From Solirubrobacteraceae bacterium (GTDB lineage Bacteria > Actinomycetota > Thermoleophilia > Solirubrobacterales > Solirubrobacteraceae): a stretch of DNA of 64,000 nucleotides. Below are positions 1-10,214 of this stretch, in pieces. Numbering within the stretch: position 1 is the stretch's first letter; every line of letters starts with the position of its first letter. The DNA lies in contig DASXIB010000042.1 in assembly GCA_036498245.1 (NCBI GenBank), positions 13,709-77,708 of the forward strand. Reading direction: 5' to 3'. The position numbers and the translations under genes are program-made. The notes below the pieces were generated by a model, which saw only the letters and a program-made list of their open reading frames with translations, did not search any database and was not told the DNA's origin.

Positions 1-435
1 TCGAAAGTATTCATCAAATTTGTCTGCGGCAACAGCAATAGCAATGCCTTTTGCACTAAGAACGGCCTCAAAGCCAACGAATGGGAAACGACAGAACTAA
101 AGGGAAGGCTCGGATATCGCAGCAAATCGCTGCGGACAGTCGGCCTGCTCCTCGAACCCGTGTCCGGACACTTTGCGGACTGCAGCCGTTCTGGAGTTTT
201 GCTGGCGATCCTGGACTCCTTGATCGGCGAAATTACGCCATTGAGCCAAACGAACAAACTGCACCTGCAGTACAATCAGCGATCTGGAAGTCAGGAACTC
301 CAGCACTTTGAAGGCGAAGAAGTGATTCACAATCTAGAAGTGGAACAGGTGGCTTTTCACTCCAAACAAAAGCTCGGAGTGGTAGCCACCTGGACCCTTG
401 AAACAGGCAAATCCGAAGTAAGAATCCACGCGTAA
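1..435 (+). CDS. C-terminal part of an A-rich, Cys-containing, probably secreted beta-rich protein (5' end outside the window)
   Basis: Frame 1 is open from base 1 to TAA at 433-435 (SKVFIKFVCG...ELKGRLGY...SLIGEITP...EVRIHA). GC is much lower than in the flanks, and the motif order resembles the C-domain of 55022..55978. Confidence 0.7.
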   Translation, partial: SKVFIKFVCGNSNSNAFCTKNGLKANEWETTELKGRLGYRSKSLRTVGLLLEPVSGHFADCSRSGVLLAILDSLIGEITPLSQTNKLHLQYNQRSGSQELQHFEGEEVIHNLEVEQVAFHSKQKLGVVATWTLETGKSEVRIHA

Positions 436-460
436 GACCAGCATTACGACGGGCGTAAAG

Positions 461-497
461 AATGGTGTGCGGGGTGCCTCAGTCCCCGCACACCATT
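461..497 (+). terminator. Intrinsic terminator-like hairpin
   Basis: Perfect 14-bp stem AATGGTGTGCGGGG/CCCCGCACACCATT with a 9-nt loop, 25 nt after the stop at 435. Confidence 0.75.
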
Positions 498-937
498 TCG
501 CCAGGTTCGCGTCACGGCAGGTCCGTTGCGCGGGCGGGCCGGGGCCAGAAACCGGGCACGTCGGCCAGCCCACGAATCTTGTTAAACGGCGCGACGAAAC
601 ACTCCTTCGGCGCCGCTGTCCCGTAACGCCCTCCAAACGACCTTTCTAGAGGGGGAGCCCTCGGCTGACATAGCGGGGGCGGGATCAGGTCACAAATCTG
701 CGACCGTAAAGCCATCCGAGCCGCGCGCCCCAATCCCTACAGGGTCGAGGAGTCGTGCGTGCTGGGCGAAGCGGCTGACACGTAGATCGGTGTCGTCGGC
801 CGGCGTAGCGGGACCAGCTCCTCCCCGTAGGGTTCCGCCGCACGGTCGCGTAGACGGTCCAGCCGGCGCGCGCCAGCCGCAGCGCGGTCGCCCGGCCGAT
901 CCCCCGACTGGCCCCGAGATCAGAACGCTCGGCAGAA

Positions 938-1075
938 GCCCGCCTTGCCTACGACGGCGCCGACGATACGCCCCGCGTGATCCCGACGGCGATGCGGTCG
1001 TCCTCGCCACCCACCCCACCGCGCCGAAGGTCGCGGCACTGCGCGCCCGGCCACGCGTGGCGTTGACGATCGACA
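938..1075 (+). pseudogene. Pyridoxamine 5'-phosphate oxidase-like (split-barrel) gene fragment
   Basis: ARLAYDGADDTPRVIP in one frame, then DGDAVVLATHPTAPKVAALRARPRVALTID in another. The usual intervening aromatic strand is missing and both ends are truncated. Confidence 0.6.
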
Positions 1076-1094
1076 TCGCGAACCCGGCCGCTCC

Positions 1095-1454
<360 letters not shown>

Positions 1455-1624
1455 GCGTGTGCTCGGCAAGACCTGTGGAGCCTTGGCGCGCCCACTCAGT
1501 ATGGCAAGGCTTCGCCCTCGCCGACACCCGCACGGAGAACGGCCGACATGGAGCCGCCACCGCTCACCGGGACGAGCCCTCCCCAGCGACTGGCCAGGCA
1601 GCCAGTTTCGCTACTGTTCGCGAT

Positions 1625-3082
1625 ATGGCGCTCGTCGGGCCCCCTCCCCTCCTGAACACCAGCCCGTTTGCGGCGATGTTCAGGGACCTCCGCGACGAGC
1701 GGGCCGCATCGGTGCCGTTCCCGCCGGGGGAGACGTCCTTCTCCGTCGCTCGCACGCGGCGCTTCGCGGACGATCCGCTGCCATTGCTGCTCGACGCCTA
1801 CGAGCGCTTCGGCCCGGTCTTCACGCTGCGGCTGTTCCACAGCAACGTGGTGTTCATGCTCGGGCCGGCCGCCAACCACTACCTCACCGTCTCCCACGCC
1901 TCGAACTTCATCTGGCGGGACTCCCATTTCCGAGACCTGATCGGGTTGATGGGGGACGGGCTGCTGACGATCGACGGAGAGTTCCACCGGCGCTCGCGGT
2001 TGATCATGCTGCCCGCCTTCCATCGCGAGCGGATCGTCGCCTCGCTGGATGTGATCGTCGAGGAGACGACGCGCGCGCTCGACCAGTTCACGCCCGGGGC
2101 GACGCTCGACCTGTACGCGTGGACGCGCCACCTGGCCCTGCGGGTGGCGATGCGCGCGCTGTTCGGTCTCGACCCCGACGGGGAGCGCGTTCGATCGATC
2201 GACGCCGCCGGGCTGTTCGAGGACGCCCTGGCGTTCTTCTCCGCCGACTACTTCCTGCGCGTGCTGCGCGGGCCGTTCACCCCCTGGGCACGCCTGCAGC
2301 AGGCGGCGCAAAAGCTCGACACATTGATCTACTCGGAGATCTCCAACCGCCGTGCCAGCGGCGAGCGCGGTGAGGACATCCTCAGCCTGCTGCTGGACGC
2401 CCACGACGAGGACGGCACGACGCTCTCTGACCTGCAGATCAGAGACGAGGTGATGACGCTGATGTTCGCCGGCCACGACACGACCACCTCGACCGTGGCG
2501 TTCATGTTCTACGAGCTCGCCCGCAACCCCGCTGTGGCGACGCGGCTGCTCGCCGAGCAGGACTCCCAGCTTGCCGGCGCCCCGCCGACCGCCTCCCAGT
2601 TGACGGGCGGCGAGCTCTCCTATCTCGAGCTCGTCCTCGAGGAGACGCTCCGCAAGTACCCGCCCGCCTGGATCGGACCCCGCCGCTCGATCGAGCCGTT
2701 CGAGTTCGAGGGCCACACGATCCCCGGCCGCGCGTTTGTGAACTACTGCTCGTGGGCCTCCCACCACCTGCCCGATGTGTTCCCCGAGCCCGAGGAGTTC
2801 CGTCCCGAGCGCTTCACCGGTGAGGCGCGGGCGGCGCTGCCCAAGGGCGCCTACGTCCCCTTCGGGGGGGGCTCGCGCACGTGCATCGGCATGCGCTTCG
2901 GGCAGCTGGAGATCCGCACGATCGCCACGCTGATCTGCTCCCGCTTCACGCTCTCCCTCCCAGAGGACTTCCACCTCACGATCCGTCAGATGCCGACGAT
3001 CAGCCCGAAGGACGGGCTGCCGATGGCGGTGCACGCGAGGAGCTCCGCTCAGCGCAGGCTCGCCCTCATCGACAGCAGATAG
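1625..3082 (+). CDS. Cytochrome P450
   Basis: AGHDTT I-helix, ETLR ExxR, PERF and FGGGSRTCIG heme motif. Start chosen at the ATG 7 nt after TACTGT. Confidence 0.95.
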   Translation: MALVGPPPLLNTSPFAAMFRDLRDERAASVPFPPGETSFSVARTRRFADDPLPLLLDAYERFGPVFTLRLFHSNVVFMLGPAANHYLTVSHASNFIWRDSHFRDLIGLMGDGLLTIDGEFHRRSRLIMLPAFHRERIVASLDVIVEETTRALDQFTPGATLDLYAWTRHLALRVAMRALFGLDPDGERVRSIDAAGLFEDALAFFSADYFLRVLRGPFTPWARLQQAAQKLDTLIYSEISNRRASGERGEDILSLLLDAHDEDGTTLSDLQIRDEVMTLMFAGHDTTTSTVAFMFYELARNPAVATRLLAEQDSQLAGAPPTASQLTGGELSYLELVLEETLRKYPPAWIGPRRSIEPFEFEGHTIPGRAFVNYCSWASHHLPDVFPEPEEFRPERFTGEARAALPKGAYVPFGGGSRTCIGMRFGQLEIRTIATLICSRFTLSLPEDFHLTIRQMPTISPKDGLPMAVHARSSAQRRLALIDSR

Positions 3083-3729
3083 CTGTGCGGCTGCGCCTGG
3101 CTGCCCGCCACGACGCTCGCAGTCACGCCCTCCACATACACACCGGGATTGGAGAACAGCGTGATCTGAAACCCGCCCAGCAGCCCGGTGGGGTGCGCCA
3201 CGAGCTTGCCTTCCCGGGCGGCGGCAACGGCGTGGACGGACGCCCCCACGCCGAACAACCCCCCGCTCGCGGTCACCTCCACCTGGCCGGCTTCGCTCTT
3301 CACGAGTTTCACTTCGAACCCTTCCGGCAGGGCCGCCCGCACGTCGGCGCTCGTCACCTCGGCCTGCGCCGTCAGCGCGCTGCCACGCTTGCTGAAGCTC
3401 ACGTCGCTCAGCCGCAGCGAGCCCTCATCCGCGGCGGCGATTGAGATCTGCATCCGCTTCACCCCCCGCGCTTCCCGCAGAAGCTTCACCGTCTGCTGAG
3501 GATCGAGCTTCAGTCTCCTCGCCCGCACCGTCACCGAGTCGGCACCCCCCCACAGCAGCTTCACCGCCGGCCACGCGCTCACGCTCACGCTCTCCACGCT
3601 TCCATACCGACCCACACGATCCCTGATCCTGCTCGCGGCGAGCTTGGGTAGGAAGACCTGCGCGAGCGCTCCCACGAGGACGATCGCCCCCACCGTCATG
3701 CCCATCCCGATCCGCAGGGCTCGGCTCAC
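3049..3729 (-). CDS. Membrane-anchored LmeA/DUF2993-like protein
   Basis: N-terminal TM, then VSVSAWPAVKLLWGGADSVTV, typical of DUF2993-like proteins. Confidence 0.6.
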   Translation of the reverse strand: MSRALRIGMGMTVGAIVLVGALAQVFLPKLAASRIRDRVGRYGSVESVSVSAWPAVKLLWGGADSVTVRARRLKLDPQQTVKLLREARGVKRMQISIAAADEGSLRLSDVSFSKRGSALTAQAEVTSADVRAALPEGFEVKLVKSEAGQVEVTASGGLFGVGASVHAVAAAREGKLVAHPTGLLGGFQITLFSNPGVYVEGVTASVVAGSQAQPHSYLLSMRASLR

Positions 3730-3853
3730 GCCGCAAGCTTCGCAGGCGGGACGCCCCGGATGGCGCCCCGCCCGCTTCCCGTCAGCCTTCGGTCAGCCGA
3801 GACCGCCCGCGCCCGAGTCACATCCTCGCGCAGGCTCGACCTCGGTCCACATC

Positions 3854-4840
3854 TCAGCCCAGGCCGTTGGCCTGGAGGAACTTCTGGGCGACGCTCGCGG
3901 CCGACTGCTTGTCGATGCTCACCGCCGCGTTCATCTGCTGGATCGCCTTGAACGTGAGCAGCGCGTTGACCTTGTTCAATGTTTCCTTGAACGCCGGTCC
4001 CTCGGCCACCAGCACGCTCTGCTTCACGACCGGCGCCACGTTCTGAAATCCGAACACGTGCTTGGGGTCGGCCAGGAGCTTGTACTTGCCTCCCAGCAGC
4101 TGCCCGTCGGTGGTGAACACGTCCTGCGCGTCCACCTGCTTGCTGTCAAGCGCCTGGTAGGAGAGGTTGATCGCGATCGGTGTGAACGTGGGGTTCACGC
4201 CGTATTCGTTTTTCAACCCGACCAGGCCCTCGACCCGTGTGGCGAATTCCGGCGCACCGCCGAGCTTGACCTGTTTGCCGAGTTTCTTCAGATCTCCCAC
4301 GCTCGTGAGGTGGTTCTGGCGCGCATACGCGGGGAGCGTCGCCAGCGCATCTGAGTCATAGAAGGGGGTGTATGAGAGCAGCGTCAGTCCGTGCTGCTCG
4401 ACATATGCCTTCGCCTGCGCATACGCACCCACCGCGCTCGTGGGGTTCTTCGTCTGGCCGGCGATCGCCGACAGCAGCACGCCGGTGTACTCGGGGTACA
4501 TGTCGATCTGCCCCGAGGTCAGCGCCTTGTAGGTGATCTCCGAGGAGCCGATGTTGTCCTTCAACGTCACCTTGTAGCCCTTCGCCCCGAGCGCTTGGGC
4601 ATACAGCGCCCCGATGATGTTCTCCTCGGGGAAGTTCTTGTCGCCGATCGTCACGGCCGGCTTGCCGACGCCCGGCCCACTGGAGGCCGCGGCGGGCGTC
4701 GCCGCGGCGGTGCTCCCCGCAGGCGTGCTCGCCGAGCTCGACGTGGACGAGTTCGATTTGGTGCTGCTCCCGCACGCCGCCAGTACGACCGCGCTCGTCA
4801 CCGCCAGGATCAGCGAGATCCCCCTGGTGCATCTATGCAT
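3854..4840 (-). CDS. Osmoprotectant (glycine betaine/choline) ABC transporter substrate-binding lipoprotein
   Basis: Lipobox LAAC, IGDKNFPEENII, IDMYPEYTG, FTTDG. Confidence 0.92.
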   Translation of the reverse strand: MHRCTRGISLILAVTSAVVLAACGSSTKSNSSTSSSASTPAGSTAAATPAAASSGPGVGKPAVTIGDKNFPEENIIGALYAQALGAKGYKVTLKDNIGSSEITYKALTSGQIDMYPEYTGVLLSAIAGQTKNPTSAVGAYAQAKAYVEQHGLTLLSYTPFYDSDALATLPAYARQNHLTSVGDLKKLGKQVKLGGAPEFATRVEGLVGLKNEYGVNPTFTPIAINLSYQALDSKQVDAQDVFTTDGQLLGGKYKLLADPKHVFGFQNVAPVVKQSVLVAEGPAFKETLNKVNALLTFKAIQQMNAAVSIDKQSAASVAQKFLQANGLG

Positions 4841-4943
4841 GTGCCGTCTCCTCTGCCTTGTTTTCCATGGAAAGATCTGCTCGCGAGTCACACGATGCGG
4901 TCGATCGGCGTGAGAGGCCAGGATCGGACCACAGCGCGGGCCA

Positions 4944-5672
4944 CTATCGCGCCCCGGCCGTGGCGGCATCGCCGAGCGACGCCTTCGCGTCCATGCGGTC
5001 GGCCAGCCGCAGCCCGTGCGGGGTCACCGCGCGCTGCACGAGCGCGAGCGCCCCCTCCACCGCCAGCGCGAGCGCCGCCACGCAGATCGCCGCGCCGAGT
5101 ACTCCGTAGAAGTGGTAGCTCGCCTCGTTCGCGATGATGTCGCCAAGACTCCCGCTGAAGCCGACGAGCGAGGCGATCGTCGTCGTGCTGACGACGAACA
5201 CAGCCGCCGTGCGAATGCCCGCGAACATCAGCGGCACGGCGAGCGGGAGCTCGACGCGCATGAGGATCTCCATGCCCGTCATGCCCATGCCCCGCGCCGC
5301 GTCGACCAGCTCGCGGTCGACGCCGTCGACCGCGAGGTAGGCGTTCGTGATCATCGGCGGCACCGCCAGCAGCACGAGCGCGACCAGCACCACCGTCAGG
5401 CCGAGGCCGAGAAACGCATCGCCGATCGCCAGCACCGCGAGGCTCGGCAGCGCCCGGCCGACGTTGCCGACGTTGATCGCCAGGAACGCCCCTTTGTGCA
5501 GGTGACCCAGCCACAGTCCGAGCGGGATCGCCAGCACCAGCGAGATCGCCACGCCGATCGCGCTCACCTTCAGCGTCTCTCCCGTCAGGTGCAGCAGGCT
5601 CGGCAGCTGCGGACTGCCCGGCACGCTTCCGTCGCGCGCGATGAACTTGAAGGCTTCCACGAAGTCGTTCAT
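4944..5672 (-). CDS. Osmoprotectant ABC transporter permease
   Basis: GRALPSLAVL and the EAA loop DAARGMGMT...VELPLAVP. Confidence 0.92.
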   Translation of the reverse strand: MNDFVEAFKFIARDGSVPGSPQLPSLLHLTGETLKVSAIGVAISLVLAIPLGLWLGHLHKGAFLAINVGNVGRALPSLAVLAIGDAFLGLGLTVVLVALVLLAVPPMITNAYLAVDGVDRELVDAARGMGMTGMEILMRVELPLAVPLMFAGIRTAAVFVVSTTTIASLVGFSGSLGDIIANEASYHFYGVLGAAICVAALALAVEGALALVQRAVTPHGLRLADRMDAKASLGDAATAGAR

Positions 5673-5679
5673 CGTGCGA

Positions 5680-6408
5680 TCACGCCCGTCCCGCCGCGAC
5701 CCAGGGGGTGAGCACGCGCTGGACGATCACCAGCAGGCCATCGGCCAGCAGCGCCAGCAGGATCGCCAGGCCACCGGCGGCGATCAGCTCGGTCTTGAAC
5801 GGACCCTCGCCGAGCGCCGTGTTGATCGGCACGCCCAGACCCTTGTCGCACACCGCATAGGCGATCGTCGCCAGCGAGACCACGGTCACCGTGGCGATCC
5901 GCAGGCCCGCCACGATCGCCGGCAGCGCCAGCGGCAGCTCGACGCGCAACAGCGACTGACCCCGCGTCATGCCCATGCCGACGGCCGCCTCGCGCACGTC
6001 CTCGGGCACCTCCCGCAGGCCGGTGACAATGTTGCGAAAGAGGATCAGCAACGTGTAGGACACGAGCGCGATCTCCGCGGTCACCACATTCAGCCCGACG
6101 GGCGCCACGAGCAGCTCGAACAGCGCGAGAGAGGGGATCGTGTAGAGGATGCCCGTCACGACGATCGTCGGTCGCTCGAGCCAGCGCAGCCGGTGGGCCG
6201 CCAGCGCGAGAGCCATCGAGATCGCGAAGCCGATCGCCACCGCGACGAGCGTCAGCAGGATGTGCTGGCGCAACGCCGGCCACAGCACCGGACCCCAGTT
6301 ATGACTGATCCAGTCGCCGCAGAAGACGTGGTTCTCGATCACGCACTTCGAACTCGCCGAGGCATAGCTCGGGATCACCGGCCCCGCGGTCACCACGAGC
6401 GGAGTCAT
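5680..6408 (-). CDS. Osmoprotectant ABC transporter permease
   Basis: YTIPSLAL and the EAA loop EAAVGMGMT...VELPLALP. Confidence 0.92.
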   Translation of the reverse strand: MTPLVVTAGPVIPSYASASSKCVIENHVFCGDWISHNWGPVLWPALRQHILLTLVAVAIGFAISMALALAAHRLRWLERPTIVVTGILYTIPSLALFELLVAPVGLNVVTAEIALVSYTLLILFRNIVTGLREVPEDVREAAVGMGMTRGQSLLRVELPLALPAIVAGLRIATVTVVSLATIAYAVCDKGLGVPINTALGEGPFKTELIAAGGLAILLALLADGLLVIVQRVLTPWVAAGRA

Positions 6409-7622
6409 CGGCCGACCTGTCCGCGGTCGTCCCGATCCAGGCCACGGTCCTCTCGATCGCGGTCCTCCCCGTCGACTTCTTCGCGCGCGTGCGCGCGCAC
6501 GCGCGCGGCATGTCCGTTTTCGCCTTCACCACGCTCGTCCAGCAGGGCGCTGACCGTCTCCATCGTCAGCAGCCCCACCACTCGATTGCCGTCCCGGGCG
6601 GCGGCGGCGCCTGCGCCGGGAGCCACACCTTCCGCGGCGAGACCTCCCTCTTCGTTCTGCGCCTCTCCGATCTCGCCATCGAGCACGGTCAGCGGGCGCC
6701 CGCCGTTGCTCAGCAAGAGCGACAGGGCGTCGCGCACGCTCGTGTGCACAGAGACGGAGTCGCCGTTCGGGCGCAGGCCGTTCGGCTGCGGCAGCTCGAT
6801 GTCGGCGAGCGTCGCCAGCCCGAGCCGCTTCAGCGCGCGGTCGGCGCCGACGAAGCGGGCGACGAACTCGTCGGCCGGGCGCGTGAGGATCTCCTGCGGC
6901 GAGTCGTACTGGGCGAGCACGCCGCCCTCGCGGAGGATCGCAATGCGGTCGCCCATCTTGATCGCCTCGTCGATGTCGTGGGTGACGAATACGACGGTCT
7001 TCCGCACTTGCGCCTGCAGCCGCAGGAACTCGTCCTGCAGGCGCGCGCGGTTGATCGGGTCGATCGCGCCGAACGGCTCGTCCATCAACATCAGCGGCGG
7101 GTCGGCGGCGAGCGCGCGCGCCACGCCCACCCGCTGGCGCTGGCCGCCCGAGAGCTGGCTGGGGTAGCGGTCCTGCATCTGCTCAGGATCGAGGCCGACG
7201 AGTTCGAGCAGCTCGAGCACGCGCGCGGCGGTGCGGTCCTTCTCCCACCCGAGCAGGCGGGGGACGGTGGCGATGTTCTCGCCGACCGTGTGGTGGGGGA
7301 ACAAGCCGATCTGCTGGATCACGTAGCCGATCTCCCGGCGCAGCTCGCGCGGCTCGCGCTCGAGCACGCTGCGGCCGCCGAGCAGGATGTCGCCGGAGCT
7401 GATCGGGATCATCCGGTTGATCAGCCGCATCGCGGTCGTCTTGCCGGAGCCGGAGGGGCCCACCAGCACGCAAACCTCGCCGGCGGGCACGGTGAGCGAC
7501 AGCCCTGAGATGGCAGGCTCTCGCTGGCCGGCGTAACGCTTGGTCACGTCTCGCAGCTCGAGCTCGGCAGCCTGCGCGAACGCCGACGGCCCCTCGCTAT
7601 GGGCGGTGTCTGCGGTATTCAA
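6405..7622 (-). CDS. Osmoprotectant ABC transporter ATP-binding subunit
   Basis: GPSGSGKTT, LSGGQRQR, LMDEPFGAIDP and a CBS-like C-terminus. The TTG start at 7622 is an estimate. Confidence 0.92.
   Translation of the reverse strand: MNTADTAHSEGPSAFAQAAELELRDVTKRYAGQREPAISGLSLTVPAGEVCVLVGPSGSGKTTAMRLINRMIPISSGDILLGGRSVLEREPRELRREIGYVIQQIGLFPHHTVGENIATVPRLLGWEKDRTAARVLELLELVGLDPEQMQDRYPSQLSGGQRQRVGVARALAADPPLMLMDEPFGAIDPINRARLQDEFLRLQAQVRKTVVFVTHDIDEAIKMGDRIAILREGGVLAQYDSPQEILTRPADEFVARFVGADRALKRLGLATLADIELPQPNGLRPNGDSVSVHTSVRDALSLLLSNGGRPLTVLDGEIGEAQNEEGGLAAEGVAPGAGAAAARDGNRVVGLLTMETVSALLDERGEGENGHAARVRAHAREEVDGEDRDREDRGLDRDDRGQVGR
6474..6522. repeat. Alternating-GC intragenic element, copy 1
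   Basis: GACTTCTTCGCGCGCGTGCGCGCGCACGCGCGCGGCATGTCCGTTTTCG; 42/49 identical, without gaps, to 58318..58366. Confidence 0.75.
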
Positions 7623-7703
7623 ACGAGAATCCCGGCCTGGGTAACCGAATCGTAACGAACTCGGTCCGGGCTCCCGGACGCTAGCCTTAGAAGCCCCCAC
7701 CGA

Positions 7704-7777
7704 GGGCGCGTAGCTCAGTTGGCCAGAGCACCTCGTTTACACCGAGGGGGTCGCCCGTTCGAGTCGGGCCGCGCCCA
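7704..7777 (+). tRNA. tRNA-Val(TAC)
   Basis: GGGCGCGTAGCTCAGTTGGCCAGAGCACCTCGTTTACACCGAGGGGGTCGCCCGTTCGAGTCGGGCCGCGCCCA cloverleaf; a TAGCCT -10-like box at 7682. Confidence 0.97.
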
Positions 7778-7779
7778 TC

Positions 7780-9213
7780 ATGACCGACCAAGAATCGCCA
7801 GTCCGGATCGCCGTCGTCGGCTCCGGGCCCGCCGGCTTCTATGCCGCCGGGCACCTGCTGAAGGACTCCTTCGGGCACGTGGAGGTGGACATGCTCGAGC
7901 GGCTGCCCACGCCGTGGGGGCTCGTGCGCTCGGGCGTGGCGCCCGACCATCCGAAGATCAAGTCCGTCACAAGAATCTACGAGAAGACCGCCGCCCATCC
8001 GCGCTTTCGCTTCTTCGGAAACGTGAACTTCGGCGAGCACGTCGCGCGCGAGGACCTGCTGCGCCACTACCACGCGATCGTCTACGCGACCGGCTCGCCG
8101 ACCGACCGGCCGCTCGGCATCCCCGGCGAAGACCTGCCCGGATCGCATCCGGCGACGGAGTTCGTCGGCTGGTACAACGGCCATCCCGACCATCGCGACC
8201 TCGAGCTCGACCTGCTGTCCTCCGAGCGGGCGGTGGTGATCGGAAACGGGAACGTCGCGCTGGACGTCGCGCGAATGCTGTCGCTGACACGCGCGGAGCT
8301 CGCCGGCACGGACATCGCCGATCACGCGCTCGACGTGCTCGAGGACAACCGCATCGCGGAGATCGTCGTCATCGGTCGCCGCGGGCCGGCGCAGGCGGCG
8401 TTCACCAACCCCGAGCTGCTGGAGCTGGGCGAGCTGTCAGACGCCGACGTGATCGTCGACCCCGCCGAGCTCGACCGGGCACTGGCCGTGTCCGACCCGG
8501 CCGCCGAGGACAACGCGACCGCGCGGCGGAACGTGGAGATCCTGCGCGGCTACTCCCAGCGCGCTCTCACGGGGAAGCGGCGGCGGATCGTGCTGCGCTT
8601 CCTGCTCTCGCCGATCGCCCTCCGCGGGAGCGCCCAGGACGGGGTGGAGGAGGTCGAGCTGGCGCTGAACGAACTCGTCGCCGAGCCCGACGGCTCGCTG
8701 CGCGCGCACGCGACAGGCGAGACGGAGACGATCGCCGCCGGTCTCGTGTTCCGGGCGATCGGCTATCGCGGCATACCGCTGCCCGGCGTGCCGTTCGACG
8801 ACCGCCGAGCGATCATCCCCAACGCGAGCGGGCGCGTGGTCGATCCCGTTGCCGAGTCGCCGCTGCGCGGGGAGTACGTCGTCGGCTGGATCAAGCGCGG
8901 TCCGTCGGGAGTGATCGGGACGAACAAGAAGGACGCCCAAGAGACCGTCGACGCGATCTTCGAGGACCTCTCGGCCAACGGCGACGGCGGCCTGCACGCC
9001 CCCGCGGCGCCCGACGCAAGTGAGGTCGAGCGACTGCTGCGTGCGCGCCAACCGGACCTCGTCACCTACGAGGGTTGGTCGGAGATCGACCGCCACGAGC
9101 GCTCGCTCGGCGAGCCGGCGGGCCGGCCGCGCGTGAAGCTGACGCGGATCGAGGAGATGCTCCGCGTCGCCGCCGCCGAAGGCTCCACCGAAGAGAAACA
9201 CTCAGCCGCGTGA
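7780..9213 (+). CDS. fprA: NADPH-ferredoxin reductase (adrenodoxin reductase-like)
   Basis: GSGPAGFY, PWGLVRSGVAPDH, GNGNVALDVAR, GWIKRGPSGVIGTN. Confidence 0.92.
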   Translation: MTDQESPVRIAVVGSGPAGFYAAGHLLKDSFGHVEVDMLERLPTPWGLVRSGVAPDHPKIKSVTRIYEKTAAHPRFRFFGNVNFGEHVAREDLLRHYHAIVYATGSPTDRPLGIPGEDLPGSHPATEFVGWYNGHPDHRDLELDLLSSERAVVIGNGNVALDVARMLSLTRAELAGTDIADHALDVLEDNRIAEIVVIGRRGPAQAAFTNPELLELGELSDADVIVDPAELDRALAVSDPAAEDNATARRNVEILRGYSQRALTGKRRRIVLRFLLSPIALRGSAQDGVEEVELALNELVAEPDGSLRAHATGETETIAAGLVFRAIGYRGIPLPGVPFDDRRAIIPNASGRVVDPVAESPLRGEYVVGWIKRGPSGVIGTNKKDAQETVDAIFEDLSANGDGGLHAPAAPDASEVERLLRARQPDLVTYEGWSEIDRHERSLGEPAGRPRVKLTRIEEMLRVAAAEGSTEEKHSAA

Positions 9214-9267
9214 ACCGGCTTTTTCCGCCCGCGGCGGGAGCCGATCTGCCAGACTCTCGCCCGGCAG

Positions 9268-9339
9268 GCCCCGTTAGCTCATCTGGTAGAGCGCCGGACT
9301 TTTAATCCGGTGGGGCGGGTTCGAGTCCCGCACGGGGCA
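9268..9339 (+). tRNA. tRNA-Lys(TTT)
   Basis: GCCCCGTTAGCTCATCTGGTAGAGCGCCGGACTTTTAATCCGGTGGGGCGGGTTCGAGTCCCGCACGGGGCA cloverleaf. Confidence 0.96.
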
Positions 9340-9564
9340 TTTTCTCAGCCACGTCGGCCCGATCTCGTTATTGCTCGCGCGTCGTCCAGAGAGCTCATCG
9401 TCCGGTGTGAGCACCGTGCGCAAGGCGTCCAACACGTTGTCCCGTGCCTCCCCTCGCGTGCGGCCCTGGCTAAGGGCTCCGGGAACCTCCAATACACGCG
9501 CGACAATCCACCCCTCCTCGTCGGGCTCGTCGAAGGCGACCGTAAAGTCGATGGAAGGCAACAC
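9274..9564 (-). CDS. HicB-like (UPF0150) antitoxin domain protein, with no hicA nearby
   Basis: DEEGWIVARVLEVPGALSQGRTRGEARDNVLDAL is a HicB N-domain pattern. TATCCT lies 6 nt before GTG 9564; the frame runs antisense into tRNA-Lys. Confidence 0.75.
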   Translation of the reverse strand: MLPSIDFTVAFDEPDEEGWIVARVLEVPGALSQGRTRGEARDNVLDALRTVLTPDDELSGRRASNNEIGPTWLRKCPVRDSNPPHRIKSPALYQMS

Positions 9565-9599
9565 GACCACAGGATAGCGCTGGGTACGCGAGATAGCGG

Positions 9600-10214
9600 G
9601 ATAGCGGAGTTGTAGGGGATAACGGTCCGCGCAATGCCGACGTGTAGTGGTCCGGTCTTTACGTGTGTGTCGAAGTGCGCTTCCGGTTTTCCTGCTTCTT
9701 CTTCTGAGTCTTCGAAGCTGGTCGCCTTTGGGTCTGAAAGTCCGTAGCGAAATTTCGAGGCTTTGCTCGCGCTGGCTTCGTTGCTCGGAGCCCCGATGTT
9801 TATTTGGACGGTCACGGGGAAGGTAGCGCCGCCTGGGGAGAGGGTCATTGTGACCGTGCTGCTTTCCTCACTCAGGGACGATGAGACGGTGTTGCCTTTG
9901 GCGTCCATGACTTTTGGTGGTTCGATCACCATCAGCGTGGTGCCGATGGTGTGTTCTTCGGCAAAGGCTACGGAGCTTTTAGCGGCTTCGTATTGGACTT
10001 TGGTTTCCTGCGGATGTAGTTCTCCCGATTTCGGTTCGACCACGGGGGTGGATGCTGTGGGTGCGGCGGCTAGTTTTTCGAGCGTGCTTTCTCCGGAGAT
10101 GCCTTCTTCCATCGTGTTTTCCGCTGTTTCGCCGCTTTCGCCTGAGCCTTCGTGTTCTGCTGTGGCTTCTGAGGGTTCTGATGCGAGGCCTTCGCCCAGT
10201 GAGCCACGCGACAC
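9600..10214 (-). pseudogene. Internal fragment of a large Glu/Lys/Ser-rich, probably secreted protein
   Basis: A-rich coding strand (VIEPPKVMDAKGNTVSSSLS...FPVTVQI...FRYGLSD). No signal peptide or convincing start, and it abuts unrelated genes at both ends. Confidence 0.5.

Noticed and set aside
9345..10214. Single 289-aa gene spanning hicB
   Set aside because: Composition changes near 9600 and the distal part is an off-frame read through hicB; treated as a fragment.
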